Part shown: piece by piece, positions 20,965 to 30,846 of the stretch
How positions within the stretch are numbered: position 1 is the first letter of the stretch
How the letters are laid out: each line of letters starts with the position of its first letter
NCBI GenBank assembly: GCA_031362565.1
Contig: JANLSU010000017.1
Span: 1 to 64,000 of the forward strand
Length of the DNA: 64,000 bases
From: a bacterium
GTDB taxonomy: Bacteria > Krumholzibacteriota > Krumholzibacteriia > G020349025
Direction of reading: 5' to 3'
The notes under the pieces: generated by a model
Told to the model about the DNA's origin: nothing
The model's input: the letters and a program-made list of their open reading frames with translations, nothing else
Database searches by the model: none
Translations under genes and position numbers: made by a program

Positions 20965-22716
20965 ATGACGGGGTGGTTGACTGAACGCAAGCGGCGCATC
21001 TTCGCAGGAGTCCTGTTACTCGTCACTTGGTACACGTGTTCGCAGGCCCACGCGCAGAGCCCAGCGCCCGCGACAACATCCGCGGCGCCCGCCTTCGTGC
21101 CGGGCGAGATCCTGGTCAAGTTCAAGTCCGGCGCTGCCGCCGAGAAGATCTCGAGCCTGTTCGCGACCGCGGGCATTCGATCGATGCAGCATTTTGCATC
21201 CCTCGACGTGCATCGCTGCAGCGTCCCGCCGGGGACCGATGTCGCGGCCGCGGTACGCGCCTGCAAACTTGATCCTGCCATCGAGTTCGCGGAGCCGAAC
21301 TACATCTACACGGCGTCACGCACGCCGAACGATCCGCGCTTCGGAGAACTCTGGGGCATGCAGAACGCCACCGACGCCGACGTCGATGCCCCGGAAGCGT
21401 GGGACCGGCAGACCGGCGCGCGGCGCGTCCTCGTTGCAATCATCGACACCGGCATCGACTACAAGCACCAAGACCTGGGTGAGAATGTCTGGAGGAATCC
21501 CGGCGAGAGCGGCGGCGGCCGCGAGACGAACGGCAAGGACGATGACGGCAATGGTTTCGTCGACGACGTCTTCGGCTGGGACTTCGCCAACCGGGACAAT
21601 GACCCCATGGACGACAATGGGCACGGATCGCACGTTGCGGGCACCATTGCGGCCGTCGGCGACAACAACCTGGGTGTGGTGGGCGTCAATTGGCGGGCTT
21701 CTGTCATGGCACTCAAGTTCTTGAGTGCGAGCGGCAGTGGCAGCGCCTCCGACGCCATCGAAGCCATCCTGTACGCCGCCAACAATGGCGCCCGCGTCCT
21801 CAACAACAGTTGGGGCGGTGGCGGCTTTTCACAGGCGTTGCGCGATGCCATCGAGTTCGCGCGGGAACGCAATGCGGTCTTTGTCGCCGCCGCCGGAAAT
21901 GACGGCCGGGACAACGATGCAGCGCCCGAATACCCGGCGAGCTATGACCTCGCGAACATCCTCTCGATCGCTGCCAGCGACCGGCAGGATGCACGCGCCA
22001 GTTTCTCGAACTTCGGCAAGACCTCGGTGGACTTGGCTGCACCGGGCGTCGACATCCTAAGTACGACACCTGGAAACACCTACTCGATCTTCAGCGGCAC
22101 ATCGATGGCGACACCGCATGCGAGCGGTGTCGCAGCACTCGTGCTGGCGCAGTATCCGCTCGCGACATCGCGTGAGGTCTTGATCCGCATGGCGGGCAGC
22201 GTCGATCCATTGCCGGCATTCGAAAATACGACGTCGAGCGGCGGTCGCCTGAATGCCGCAGCGGCGCTCGCGCCGGCCCCCAAGGTGGCCTTTGTGACGC
22301 GCATCGATCCGGCGGCCGTTCCCGTCGGCCCGTACCCAATCGAAGCCGAGGCGGTCGGCGACACCGACATCACGGCGGTGCGACTGCAGGTCGCAGTGCA
22401 AGGTGCGCAGCCGGCGACGATTCCAATGCAGAAGGCGGCGGACGCGTCCTACCGGGCGGAGATCCCGGCCCAGGCGAACGGCGCTCGGGTCGAGTACTAC
22501 GTCGAGGCGGCCGATGCTTCGGGTGGTCTCGCTCGGAGCCGTTCCTTTGTCTTCACGACGGGCCAGAATGCCGGCGGCCCCGCCTGCGGCGGTTTCTCGC
22601 TCCGGTCCAAGGACCGGGCCCAGACCCGGGTTCTCGTCGCACTCGGCAATGCGCTGCTGCTCTTGCTGGGCCTCCAGGGGGCGCAAAAGCTGCGACATCG
22701 CCGCCGTTCGTTCTGA
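20965..22716 (+). CDS. S8 subtilisin-like serine peptidase with C-terminal membrane anchor
   Basis: Triad motifs IIDTG, HGSHVAG and SGTSMATP, a propeptide, and tail GGPACGG-hydrophobic-RHRRR. Confidence 0.92.
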   Translation: MTGWLTERKRRIFAGVLLLVTWYTCSQAHAQSPAPATTSAAPAFVPGEILVKFKSGAAAEKISSLFATAGIRSMQHFASLDVHRCSVPPGTDVAAAVRACKLDPAIEFAEPNYIYTASRTPNDPRFGELWGMQNATDADVDAPEAWDRQTGARRVLVAIIDTGIDYKHQDLGENVWRNPGESGGGRETNGKDDDGNGFVDDVFGWDFANRDNDPMDDNGHGSHVAGTIAAVGDNNLGVVGVNWRASVMALKFLSASGSGSASDAIEAILYAANNGARVLNNSWGGGGFSQALRDAIEFARERNAVFVAAAGNDGRDNDAAPEYPASYDLANILSIAASDRQDARASFSNFGKTSVDLAAPGVDILSTTPGNTYSIFSGTSMATPHASGVAALVLAQYPLATSREVLIRMAGSVDPLPAFENTTSSGGRLNAAAALAPAPKVAFVTRIDPAAVPVGPYPIEAEAVGDTDITAVRLQVAVQGAQPATIPMQKAADASYRAEIPAQANGARVEYYVEAADASGGLARSRSFVFTTGQNAGGPACGGFSLRSKDRAQTRVLVALGNALLLLLGLQGAQKLRHRRRSF

Positions 22717-22822
22717 AACAGGCTCGATCCGGGAACCTCCGAGGCCTACACTGGCTTTGGGAGATGTCCGCCCCGCGCCATGATTCGGCCACGGCGGGAA
22801 TTCCCTGAAGGAGCCGTGCGAC

Positions 22823-24877
22823 ATGGCTGGTGAGCGTAATCGCGCCGAGTGGCTCGAAGCGGATGGGTTGGGCGGCTTTGCATCGGGAACCGTCGACGGC
22901 ATTCGTACCCGGCGCTATCACGCGCTCCTGCTCCCGGCCACGACGCCGCCCACGGGCCGTTTCGTGCTCGTGAACGGGTTCGAAGCCTGGGTCGAGTTTC
23001 CAGACGGCCGCCGGGTGCCCTTGAGTTCGCAGAACTTCAGCGGCCCATCGGCCGATGTCGTGCACCCGGATGGTTTCGAGCGCATCGTGTCATTCGAGCC
23101 CGAACCGTGGCCGCGTTGGCGGCTGCAGGTCGCGGACGGCGTGTGTCTCGAACAGGAAATCTTGGCGCGGCACGGCGTGCCGGTCACACTCGTGGCGTGG
23201 CGCTTGTGCGAACCGGCGACGGGAGCCAAGGTTCTGCCTGCGGGTCTCATGCTCTGCGTGCGGCCACTCCTGTCGGGGCGGGATTACCATGCCCTGCACC
23301 ACGAAAACCCGCGCTTCCGTTTCGAGACGCAGCAAGCGGACCAACACTTGACGTGGCAGCCGTACGATGGACTGCCGCCGGTCGTGGCAGTGACCAATGC
23401 CACGTATACGCAAGAGCCCACCTGGTATCGCAATTTCGTCTACGAGGAGGAGCGCGCCCGCGGTCTCGACTACAGCGAGGATCTGGCGTCGCCGGGTACG
23501 CTGCGCTTCGATTTGTCGCAGGGTGAGGCCGTGCTCGTGCTTGCCGCGGGCACACCTGAAACCGAAGCCTTGCTGCGCGAAGAACCCGTCGCACTGGCCG
23601 GCTACCTGCGGGCGTGCGAACGCGAACGCCGGGCAGCGTTCCCATCGCCCCTGCATCGGAGCGCCGATGCGTATCTCGTCAAACGTGGCACGGGCAAGAC
23701 CATCGTCGCCGGTTATCCGTGGTTCACCGACTGGGGCCGCGACACATTCATTGCGTTGCGTGGCCTCTGCCTCGCGACCGGCCGGCTCGACGAAGCGCAC
23801 GACATCCTGGTGGAATGGGCCGGCGCAGTTTCGGAAGGCATGCTGCCGAACCGTTTCGCCGATCACGGTGAGGCGCCGGAGTTCAACTCGGTGGATGCTT
23901 CGCTGTGGTATGTGGTCGCGGTCGCCGAATATTGCCGCACCCTCAAGCTGTACGGCCGCAAGCTCTCGGCCGCCGATCAAAAAACACTGCAAAACGCTTG
24001 CAAGGATATCCTGGCCGAATACGCCGATGGGACGCGCTACAACATCCGCATGGATGCCGACGGCTTGCTGGCCTGTGGCGAGCCCGGCTTGCAGCTCACG
24101 TGGATGGACGCCAAGGTCGGCGACTGGGTCGTGACACCGCGCATCGGCAAGCCGGTCGAAGTGCAGGCGCTCTGGTTGAATGCCCTGTGGTTCGGTAACA
24201 CGTTCGGCGAACGCTGGCGCCGGCTGTATGTGCTGGGCTGCGATTCCTTCCAAAAACGCTTTTGGAACGAGACCACCGGCTACCTGTACGACGTCGTCGA
24301 TGTGGATCATCAGGCGGGGAAAGTGGATGCGACGTTCCGGCCGAATCAGATCTTCGCGCTCGGCGGATTGCCCATCTCGTTGATCGAGGGACAGCGCGCC
24401 CAGCGCATCTTGGATGCCGTCGAGCAGCGTCTTTGGACACCACTCGGCTTGCGATCGCTCGCGCCACGTGAGCCCGGTTATCGCCCACGCTACGAAGGCG
24501 ACACGCTGTCGCGCGATGGCGCCTATCACCAGGGCACGGTGTGGCCATGGCTCGCCGGGCCGTTCGTGGAAGCGTGGGTCCGCGTGCATGACAAAACGCC
24601 GGAAGCCAAAGCGGCGGCGCGCCTGCGTTTCTTGGCGCCCTTGCTCGCCCATCTCGATGAAGCCGGCCTCGGACACGTTTCCGAGATCGCCGATGCCGAA
24701 GCGCCGTATACGCCGCGTGGCTGTCCCTTCCAAGCCTGGTCGCTCGGCGAAGTGCTGCGGTTGCAGGAATCGGTGCTCGCCGACGCGGAAGTGCGCCACG
24801 GCCGATTTCGCAACGAAGCGTCCCAAGCCGCCCAACGCGTCTTGAAGTCGAGTGTCGCGATGCTGCTCGCCGGCTAA
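22823..24877 (+). CDS. Amylo-alpha-1,6-glucosidase (glycogen debranching enzyme)
   Basis: EWLEADGLGGFASGT, TRRYH, AGYPWFTDWGRD, TWMDA, YHQGTVWPW and GCPFQAWS. Confidence 0.93.
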   Translation: MAGERNRAEWLEADGLGGFASGTVDGIRTRRYHALLLPATTPPTGRFVLVNGFEAWVEFPDGRRVPLSSQNFSGPSADVVHPDGFERIVSFEPEPWPRWRLQVADGVCLEQEILARHGVPVTLVAWRLCEPATGAKVLPAGLMLCVRPLLSGRDYHALHHENPRFRFETQQADQHLTWQPYDGLPPVVAVTNATYTQEPTWYRNFVYEEERARGLDYSEDLASPGTLRFDLSQGEAVLVLAAGTPETEALLREEPVALAGYLRACERERRAAFPSPLHRSADAYLVKRGTGKTIVAGYPWFTDWGRDTFIALRGLCLATGRLDEAHDILVEWAGAVSEGMLPNRFADHGEAPEFNSVDASLWYVVAVAEYCRTLKLYGRKLSAADQKTLQNACKDILAEYADGTRYNIRMDADGLLACGEPGLQLTWMDAKVGDWVVTPRIGKPVEVQALWLNALWFGNTFGERWRRLYVLGCDSFQKRFWNETTGYLYDVVDVDHQAGKVDATFRPNQIFALGGLPISLIEGQRAQRILDAVEQRLWTPLGLRSLAPREPGYRPRYEGDTLSRDGAYHQGTVWPWLAGPFVEAWVRVHDKTPEAKAAARLRFLAPLLAHLDEAGLGHVSEIADAEAPYTPRGCPFQAWSLGEVLRLQESVLADAEVRHGRFRNEASQAAQRVLKSSVAMLLAG

Positions 24878-24892
24878 TCTTCAACGAGGTTT

Positions 24893-25717
24893 GTGGTGAA
24901 TTACGGGTTCCACGGCGCCGCGCGCGGCGGTGCCGAGGCTTTGCGCCGCCATCGCACCGAGTACGCGATCGAGGCGGCACTTCTCGGCACGTTCATGATC
25001 TCGGCGTGCGCCTTCGGGACGCTGCTCGAGTTGCCGGCGTCGCCGGTGCATCAGGCGTTGCCGGACAGCAACTTGCGCCGGGCCTTGATGGGTTGCGCCA
25101 TGGGACTGACGGCGATCGGGCTCATCTATTCGCCGTGGGGAAAGCGCTCGGGTGCCCACATGAATCCCTCCACGACGCTGACTTTTTTCCGGCTCGGGCA
25201 GGTGCCGCGCTGGGACGCGCTCTTCTATGCCCTGGCTCAGCTTGCGGGCGCCGCGCTGGGAGTGCTGCTGATGTCGGCATTGCTCGGCGGGAAGCTCGCG
25301 GATTCACACGTGCGCTACGTCGTGACGGCGCCCGGGATGTGGGGCGTGTTGCCGGCCTTTGTCGCCGAAACCGGCATGACGTTCGTCCTGATGTCGGTCA
25401 TCCTGCGCGTCTCAGCGTCACGTTACGCGCGGTGGACCGGGCTTTGCGCCGGGTTGCTCGTTGCCGCCTACATCACCTTCGAAGCGCCGGTCTCGGGCAT
25501 GAGCATGAATCCGGCGCGCACCTTCGGGTCGAGCGTCGTGGCAGGTTCATGGCAAGCAACGTGGATCTATTGGACCGCGCCGCCGCTCGGCATGCTCTCG
25601 GCGGCCGAGCTGTACTTGCGGCTCCGGGGGCGCGAGCGCGTCGCCTGCGCCAAACTGCATCACCAGAACAGCAAGCGTTGCATTTTCTGTGAGGCGCGGG
25701 CCGCGCGCGCCAGGTGA
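24893..25717 (+). CDS. MIP/aquaporin-family channel
   Basis: SGAHMNPS and SMNPAR motifs, 6 TMs and a Cys/His tail. Confidence 0.9.
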   Translation: MVNYGFHGAARGGAEALRRHRTEYAIEAALLGTFMISACAFGTLLELPASPVHQALPDSNLRRALMGCAMGLTAIGLIYSPWGKRSGAHMNPSTTLTFFRLGQVPRWDALFYALAQLAGAALGVLLMSALLGGKLADSHVRYVVTAPGMWGVLPAFVAETGMTFVLMSVILRVSASRYARWTGLCAGLLVAAYITFEAPVSGMSMNPARTFGSSVVAGSWQATWIYWTAPPLGMLSAAELYLRLRGRERVACAKLHHQNSKRCIFCEARAARAR

Positions 25718-25736
25718 CGACTCCGGACAACGCCGT

Positions 25737-26309
25737 CTAACGAAACATCGACTTGACCGTGCTCCAGGTTTGTTGTTCAACCGCGACCGTGCAAACGCGA
25801 GCTGGATCGTTCAAGAATGCCTCCCCGCCTCCGATACACAGTTTCGTGAAAACAGGGGCATCGCACAGTGTGACCAACGGGCACGGGAAGTGGTGAGAAT
25901 TGAAGTGCCTCTGGATCGAGAACGTGTGAGGCCCGATTGCCACCAGAGACGTAAATTGGATCGTGTACAGCGGCACGAATGGCCCCGGCTCGCACCCCGG
26001 AAACGCGATGTTGCAACCGCCGGAGACGGGATTGCCGAGTGCCAAGTTGGCGGCAGGGCTGGGAGTGACGGTTGTCAGCCACGCAGGATCCGCCCCTGTC
26101 AGCTTAAACTCCGCACCGGTCATGCCCGCTGCGCCGGCGTCGCCACCAAGAACTGCCCCCACATAGACCGTGAACTGGACGAGTGGAGTCGCCACGCCGT
26201 CGCAATCGCTGCCATCGGGAGCGAAGAAGACGCCGATCGAGGACGCCTGCGCAACGCCCGCCATCAAGAACAACACCGTTGCAATGGAACCGACGGCTAG
26301 CGATTTCAT
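25737..26309 (-). CDS. Secreted 7-Cys paralogue A with W-x2-VK tail
   Basis: GGAGG RBS, signal peptide ending AQA, close paralogue of the two neighbours, ends VAVEQQTWSTVKSMFR. Confidence 0.85.
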   Translation of the reverse strand: MKSLAVGSIATVLFLMAGVAQASSIGVFFAPDGSDCDGVATPLVQFTVYVGAVLGGDAGAAGMTGAEFKLTGADPAWLTTVTPSPAANLALGNPVSGGCNIAFPGCEPGPFVPLYTIQFTSLVAIGPHTFSIQRHFNSHHFPCPLVTLCDAPVFTKLCIGGGEAFLNDPARVCTVAVEQQTWSTVKSMFR

Positions 26310-26372
26310 GCTGTGTCCTCCCTTCGAGGCCCCCACCGCCCGACGCTCGACGAGCACCCCAGACAAGGGCGT

Positions 26373-26951
26373 CTAGCGAAACATCGATTTGACCTTAGTC
26401 CACGTTTGCTGTTCCACTCCAACCGCGCAAAAACGGGCGGGGTCGTTCAGGAAGGCCTGGCCGCCTGCGACACACAACTTCGTGAAATGTACATCGCACA
26501 GTAACAGCAACGGGCAAAGGAACTCTGGGCCGTGGGGCGGATTGAGGTGGTACCGGATCGCGAAGGTGTGCGGTGGGATTGCGACCGGCGACGTCATTTG
26601 GATCGTGTACAACGGCACGAAGGGCCCCGGCAGGCACCCCGGAAATGCGATGTTGCAACCGAAGACAACCGGGTTGCCCAACGTCAAGTTGGCGGCTGGG
26701 TTCGGAGTGACGGTTGTAATCCAGGCCGGATCCGCCCCGGCGAGCGAGAACTCCGCACCGACAATGCCTGCCGTAGCCGCATCGCCGCCAAGAACCGCTC
26801 CCACGTAGATCGTGAACGGGACGAGCGGTGTCGCTACGCCATCGCAATCACTGCCATCCGGCGCAAAGAAGACGCCGATCGACGACGCCCGCGCGACGCC
26901 CGTCACAAAGAACAACAACGCTGCGACGAAACCGATTGCTCGAGACTTCAT
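26373..26951 (-). CDS. Secreted 7-Cys paralogue B with W-x2-VK tail
   Basis: AGGAGG RBS, signal peptide ending ARA, ends VGVEQQTWTKVKSMFR. Confidence 0.85.
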   Translation of the reverse strand: MKSRAIGFVAALLFFVTGVARASSIGVFFAPDGSDCDGVATPLVPFTIYVGAVLGGDAATAGIVGAEFSLAGADPAWITTVTPNPAANLTLGNPVVFGCNIAFPGCLPGPFVPLYTIQMTSPVAIPPHTFAIRYHLNPPHGPEFLCPLLLLCDVHFTKLCVAGGQAFLNDPARFCAVGVEQQTWTKVKSMFR

Positions 26952-26996
26952 GCGGTGTCCTCCTCTCGAGACCTCGCCGCCCGCGCGAGGTGAGTA

Positions 26997-27575
26997 CTAG
27001 CGAAACATCGATTTGACCGTGCTCCACGTTTGCTGTTCAACGCCGACCGTGCAAGCGCGGGTGGGATCGTTCAGGAAGGCCTGCCCGCCCGCGACACACA
27101 GCTTCGTAAAATTGCCACCGCACAACCTGAGCAGCACGCAGGCATATATCGGATCGGCAACGACGAGGTGCCGACGGATCGCGAAGGTACGGGGCGCGAT
27201 TGCGACCGGCGACGTGAATTGGATCGTGTACAGCGGCACGTACGGCCCCGGCTGGCACCCCGGAAAGGCGATGTCGCAACCACCGTTCCCAACGAGAACC
27301 GGATTGCCGATGGCAATGTCGGCTGCTGGGTTCGGCGTGACGGTTGTAATCCACGCCGGATCCGCTCCGGCGAGCGAGAACTCCGCACCGACAATGCCCG
27401 CCGCAGCGGCGTCGCCGCCAAGAACCGCGCCCACGTAAATGGTGAACGGGACGAGCGGAGTCGCCACACCATCACAATCACTGCCATCCGGCGCGAAGAA
27501 CACGCCGATCGAGGACGCCTGGGCGACGCCCGTCATCAACACCGCTGCAACGGAACCACTGGCTCGAAGCTTCAT
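26997..27575 (-). CDS. Secreted 7-Cys paralogue C with W-x2-VK tail
   Basis: GGGAGG RBS, signal peptide ending AQA, ends VGVEQQTWSTVKSMFR. Confidence 0.85.
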   Translation of the reverse strand: MKLRASGSVAAVLMTGVAQASSIGVFFAPDGSDCDGVATPLVPFTIYVGAVLGGDAAAAGIVGAEFSLAGADPAWITTVTPNPAADIAIGNPVLVGNGGCDIAFPGCQPGPYVPLYTIQFTSPVAIAPRTFAIRRHLVVADPIYACVLLRLCGGNFTKLCVAGGQAFLNDPTRACTVGVEQQTWSTVKSMFR

Positions 27576-27738
27576 GCGATGCCCTCCCCTGCCGACGGCA
27601 ACAAAGCGGTCCGCGGGGCGCGGCTCGCCTGAAGGTTGCCTCGGAAGTGACTGCACAATTATAGGTCCCCGCCGATGGGATTTCCAGGCGCATGTTGTGG
27701 GGCAGTGTCGGGCTCGCAGAGGCCTGACGCGGCGTCCT

Positions 27739-28866
27739 CTACAACGTCCGCTTGAAGAACGTCGACGCCAGGATCAGCATCAACAGCGCGAAGCCCGCCA
27801 TCATCAGGAAATCCGGCATCACGGCCTGGAATCCGACGCCCTTGAGCAACAGATTCCGCAGCGAGTGCACTGCGTAGCGCATCGGAAACGCCACCGACAG
27901 CGCGTTCAGCCACGTCGGATAGCTCTCGGTCGGATAGAGGGCGCCGCTCGGGAAGAAGGTCAACACGTTCAGGATGCCGAACAGGGCGCGCGGCGTCAGC
28001 GGGTTCGAGACCCGGGCCATCAACGTGAACATGAACAGGATGAGCCCGACCGCGAGCAGCACGATCGCGGTTTCCATTAGCAACAACGTGCGGAGGCCAC
28101 CCAGGATCGGCAGGCGGGCGATAAGAACCGACGATGCCAAGACGACCGTGCCGATGAGGGTCGCGAGCGTCGTGGCGGACAGAGTGAGCCCACCGACCAG
28201 GTCGAGGGCGGTGAGCGGCGTCGCAAAATAGCCTTCATGAATGCCGCGGGCGCGATCGTCCACGAGAATGATGCCACCCGCCAACATGGCTACGAAGAAG
28301 ATCGCGAGTGCGATCACGCCGGGCACCAAGTACTGCATGAATTCCTTGTGGCCGTAGACATTCACGCGTTCGACTTGGATGCCTGGCTGCGCCCGGTCGC
28401 CGGTGTTGGCACCGCCACCGCTCGCGAACGCGCGCCGCAATTCGCCCTCGATCACGCCGGCCGCCGTGTTGTCGGTGTTGTCCACGACGACTCCCAGCGA
28501 TGCCGGCTCGCCGCGCGCCAAGTCTTCGCTGAAGTCCGGTGGCACAATGATGACCGCTTTGTATCGACCCTCCCGCAGCTCATGCACCGCGGTCTCCGGA
28601 TCGGGTTCGCTGTGAATCACGAAGAGGTCGCGGCTCTGCGCCAGGGTCAAGATGTGGTCGCGCACTTGCACCGTGCCCTGGCCGTGGTCCTGAACGACGA
28701 GGGCAATCGGCAGGTCGTGCAAGTCGCCGCCCATCGACTTGCCGAGAATCACCAAATAGATGATCGGCATGAGCGTCATCGGGACAAAGAGTTTGGTGTT
28801 ACGCCGGAAGCGGCGCAAGTCGCGCTCCGCGACTGCCAGCAAGCGGCTCACATTGAAATCGAGCAT
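27739..28866 (-). CDS. ABC-2 type exporter permease
   Basis: An extracytoplasmic domain between TM1 and TM2, YLVPGVIA and SGALYP. Confidence 0.88.
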   Translation of the reverse strand: MLDFNVSRLLAVAERDLRRFRRNTKLFVPMTLMPIIYLVILGKSMGGDLHDLPIALVVQDHGQGTVQVRDHILTLAQSRDLFVIHSEPDPETAVHELREGRYKAVIIVPPDFSEDLARGEPASLGVVVDNTDNTAAGVIEGELRRAFASGGGANTGDRAQPGIQVERVNVYGHKEFMQYLVPGVIALAIFFVAMLAGGIILVDDRARGIHEGYFATPLTALDLVGGLTLSATTLATLIGTVVLASSVLIARLPILGGLRTLLLMETAIVLLAVGLILFMFTLMARVSNPLTPRALFGILNVLTFFPSGALYPTESYPTWLNALSVAFPMRYAVHSLRNLLLKGVGFQAVMPDFLMMAGFALLMLILASTFFKRTL

Positions 28867-28893
28867 CGTGGCTCCCCGTGGCGGACTCGGCCT

Positions 28894-29913
28894 TCAGCGC
28901 ATTATCGTTGGCATGGCATAGTTATACTCGCCGGCGGCGGCGTCGCGCATCGCGCGCCCCGTGTAATGAATGAAGACGTCCTCGAGTGTCGGTTCCAAGA
29001 GCGACATGCTCTTGATCTTGTTCGATTGCGCGCGCGCGACTTCCGTGATGCCGTCGAGTGGTACCACGTCGCTGGACAAGATGAGGCGCGCCGTGTGCGC
29101 TTCCTCGCGCGCGGCTTCGGAAACCTCCGGCAGTTTCTTCAACGCGGCTAGCGTTTCGTCGCTCACTTCTTGAAAGAACTGCACCGTCAGGATGTCCTGC
29201 CCCGGAACCGTCGCCTTGAGATCGCGCGGTGTCCCGAGCGCGACAATCTTCCCGTGGTCGACGATCGCCAGGCGATTGCAGAGCCGGTCCGCCTCATCCA
29301 TATAGTGCGTGCACAGGAGAATCGTGAGATCGCCCTCGGCGCGCAGCTTCTCCAGCAACTCCCAGATCGTCCGGCGGCTCTGCGGATCGAGCCCAGTCGT
29401 CGGCTCGTCGAGGAAGAAGACGCGCGGCCGGTGGATCAGGCCGCGGGCGATTTCGAGCCGCCGCCGCATGCCGCCGGAGTACGTGCCGGCAGCCTTGTCA
29501 CGCCATTCCCACAACCCCACGGCTTCCAAGAGTTCCTTGGCGCGCGTCTGCCGCTCGCCGCGCCCCATGCCGTAGAACTTGCCGTAAAGGTCGAGGCTTT
29601 CCCACGCGGTCAGGTCGCCGTCCACGGTGTTGGCTTGCGGGATCACGCCGATCTCGTGACGCACGCGCGTTGTTTGCTGCACGACGTCGTAGCCCATAAC
29701 GAGGCCCTTGCCCGAGGTCGGCAGAATGAGCGTCGTCAGCATCCGAATGAGCGTGCTCTTGCCGGCGCCGTTCGGCCCCAGGATCCCGAAGATCTCGTCC
29801 CGGTCGACCGTGAAGTTGATATCGTCGTCGGCGGTGAAATCCCCGAATTTCTTCGTCAGGTGCTCGACGACGATGGCTTTCGGCGCACCGTCCGCCGATT
29901 CTGCAACGGTCAT
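28894..29913 (-). CDS. ABC exporter ATP-binding subunit (DrrA-like)
   Basis: GPNGAGKST, YSGGMRRRLE, LDEPTTGLDP and PTLEDVF. Confidence 0.92.
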   Translation of the reverse strand: MTVAESADGAPKAIVVEHLTKKFGDFTADDDINFTVDRDEIFGILGPNGAGKSTLIRMLTTLILPTSGKGLVMGYDVVQQTTRVRHEIGVIPQANTVDGDLTAWESLDLYGKFYGMGRGERQTRAKELLEAVGLWEWRDKAAGTYSGGMRRRLEIARGLIHRPRVFFLDEPTTGLDPQSRRTIWELLEKLRAEGDLTILLCTHYMDEADRLCNRLAIVDHGKIVALGTPRDLKATVPGQDILTVQFFQEVSDETLAALKKLPEVSEAAREEAHTARLILSSDVVPLDGITEVARAQSNKIKSMSLLEPTLEDVFIHYTGRAMRDAAAGEYNYAMPTIMR

Positions 29914-30845
29914 CGCCGTGCTCCAGCCATTCGCTGCACCGCCGGGTCGACTTGGATGGTCACTTCCGCCGTCATCCCGTCTTTGAGCAGATGCTCGAGA
30001 TTCGGCACCCGCGCCGTGACCGTGAAAGTTCGAATGTCGCGCCGCTGCGCTCCCCAGTCCTTGCGAGTCGCGAAGTCCCCGGCCGATCGAATTTCCGTCA
30101 CGAAACCCTCGAATAGTTGGCGGTCGAATGTGTAGACGCGCACTTTGACTTTGTCGCCGGGTCGCACCGCACCAATTCGCGTTTCGTCGACTGCGGCGTG
30201 CACCTTCACGGTGTCGAGTTGGGCCAAAGTCACGATCGGCGTCCCCACCATCACCATCTCACCCGGACGGTGGATTTTTTCCGACACTTCGCCGGCCTCT
30301 GGAGCGCGCAGCTCGGCATAGGAAAGCTGCAGTTCCGCCTGTGCAAGGGCGGTCTCCGCTTGCTGCACTGCCGCCCGGGCCGCCAAGACTTGGGCGCTCG
30401 TCACATCGGCCGTTGCATGCGCCGCGTCCATTTGCTGCGGTGTCGTCGCGTCGCTCTCCATGAGCGTCGTCATGCGCGCCAAGTCGCGAGCCGCCTTTTC
30501 GCGGTTTGCCACCGCTTGCGCCAATCCGGCCTGCGCGGTCGCAAGGGAGGCTTTCGCCGCCTGGACCTGCACTTCGAAATCCTGCGATTCGATGCGGCCG
30601 AGGAGTTGTCCGGCTTTGACCTCGTTGCCTTCGGAGATCGGGACCTCGGCCAGCCTGCCGTTGACCTTGAAGCCGAGCCGTACATGCACCGCCTCGATCG
30701 TTCCGGTGGTCACGACATCCCCACCGGCGTAGCCTTCGCTCCGGTGTTGGTAGCGCCACAGCGCGTAGCCGCCGCCGCTCAAGATCACGAGCAAGAGGAG
30801 CGGCCGGAGGAACCGGAGCCGCGAACCATTCGGCTTGTCTGCCAT
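29910..30845 (-). CDS. HlyD-family periplasmic adaptor
   Basis: N-terminal TM, lipoyl halves, a coiled coil and LKDGMTAEV. Confidence 0.9.
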   Translation of the reverse strand: MADKPNGSRLRFLRPLLLLVILSGGGYALWRYQHRSEGYAGGDVVTTGTIEAVHVRLGFKVNGRLAEVPISEGNEVKAGQLLGRIESQDFEVQVQAAKASLATAQAGLAQAVANREKAARDLARMTTLMESDATTPQQMDAAHATADVTSAQVLAARAAVQQAETALAQAELQLSYAELRAPEAGEVSEKIHRPGEMVMVGTPIVTLAQLDTVKVHAAVDETRIGAVRPGDKVKVRVYTFDRQLFEGFVTEIRSAGDFATRKDWGAQRRDIRTFTVTARVPNLEHLLKDGMTAEVTIQVDPAVQRMAGARR

Positions 30846-30846
30846 A

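Noticed and set aside
25737..27575. Diversity-generating retroelement template/variable repeats
   Set aside because: There is no reverse transcriptase in the window, all three copies are full genes with an RBS, and the differences include indels and do not appear confined to adenines.
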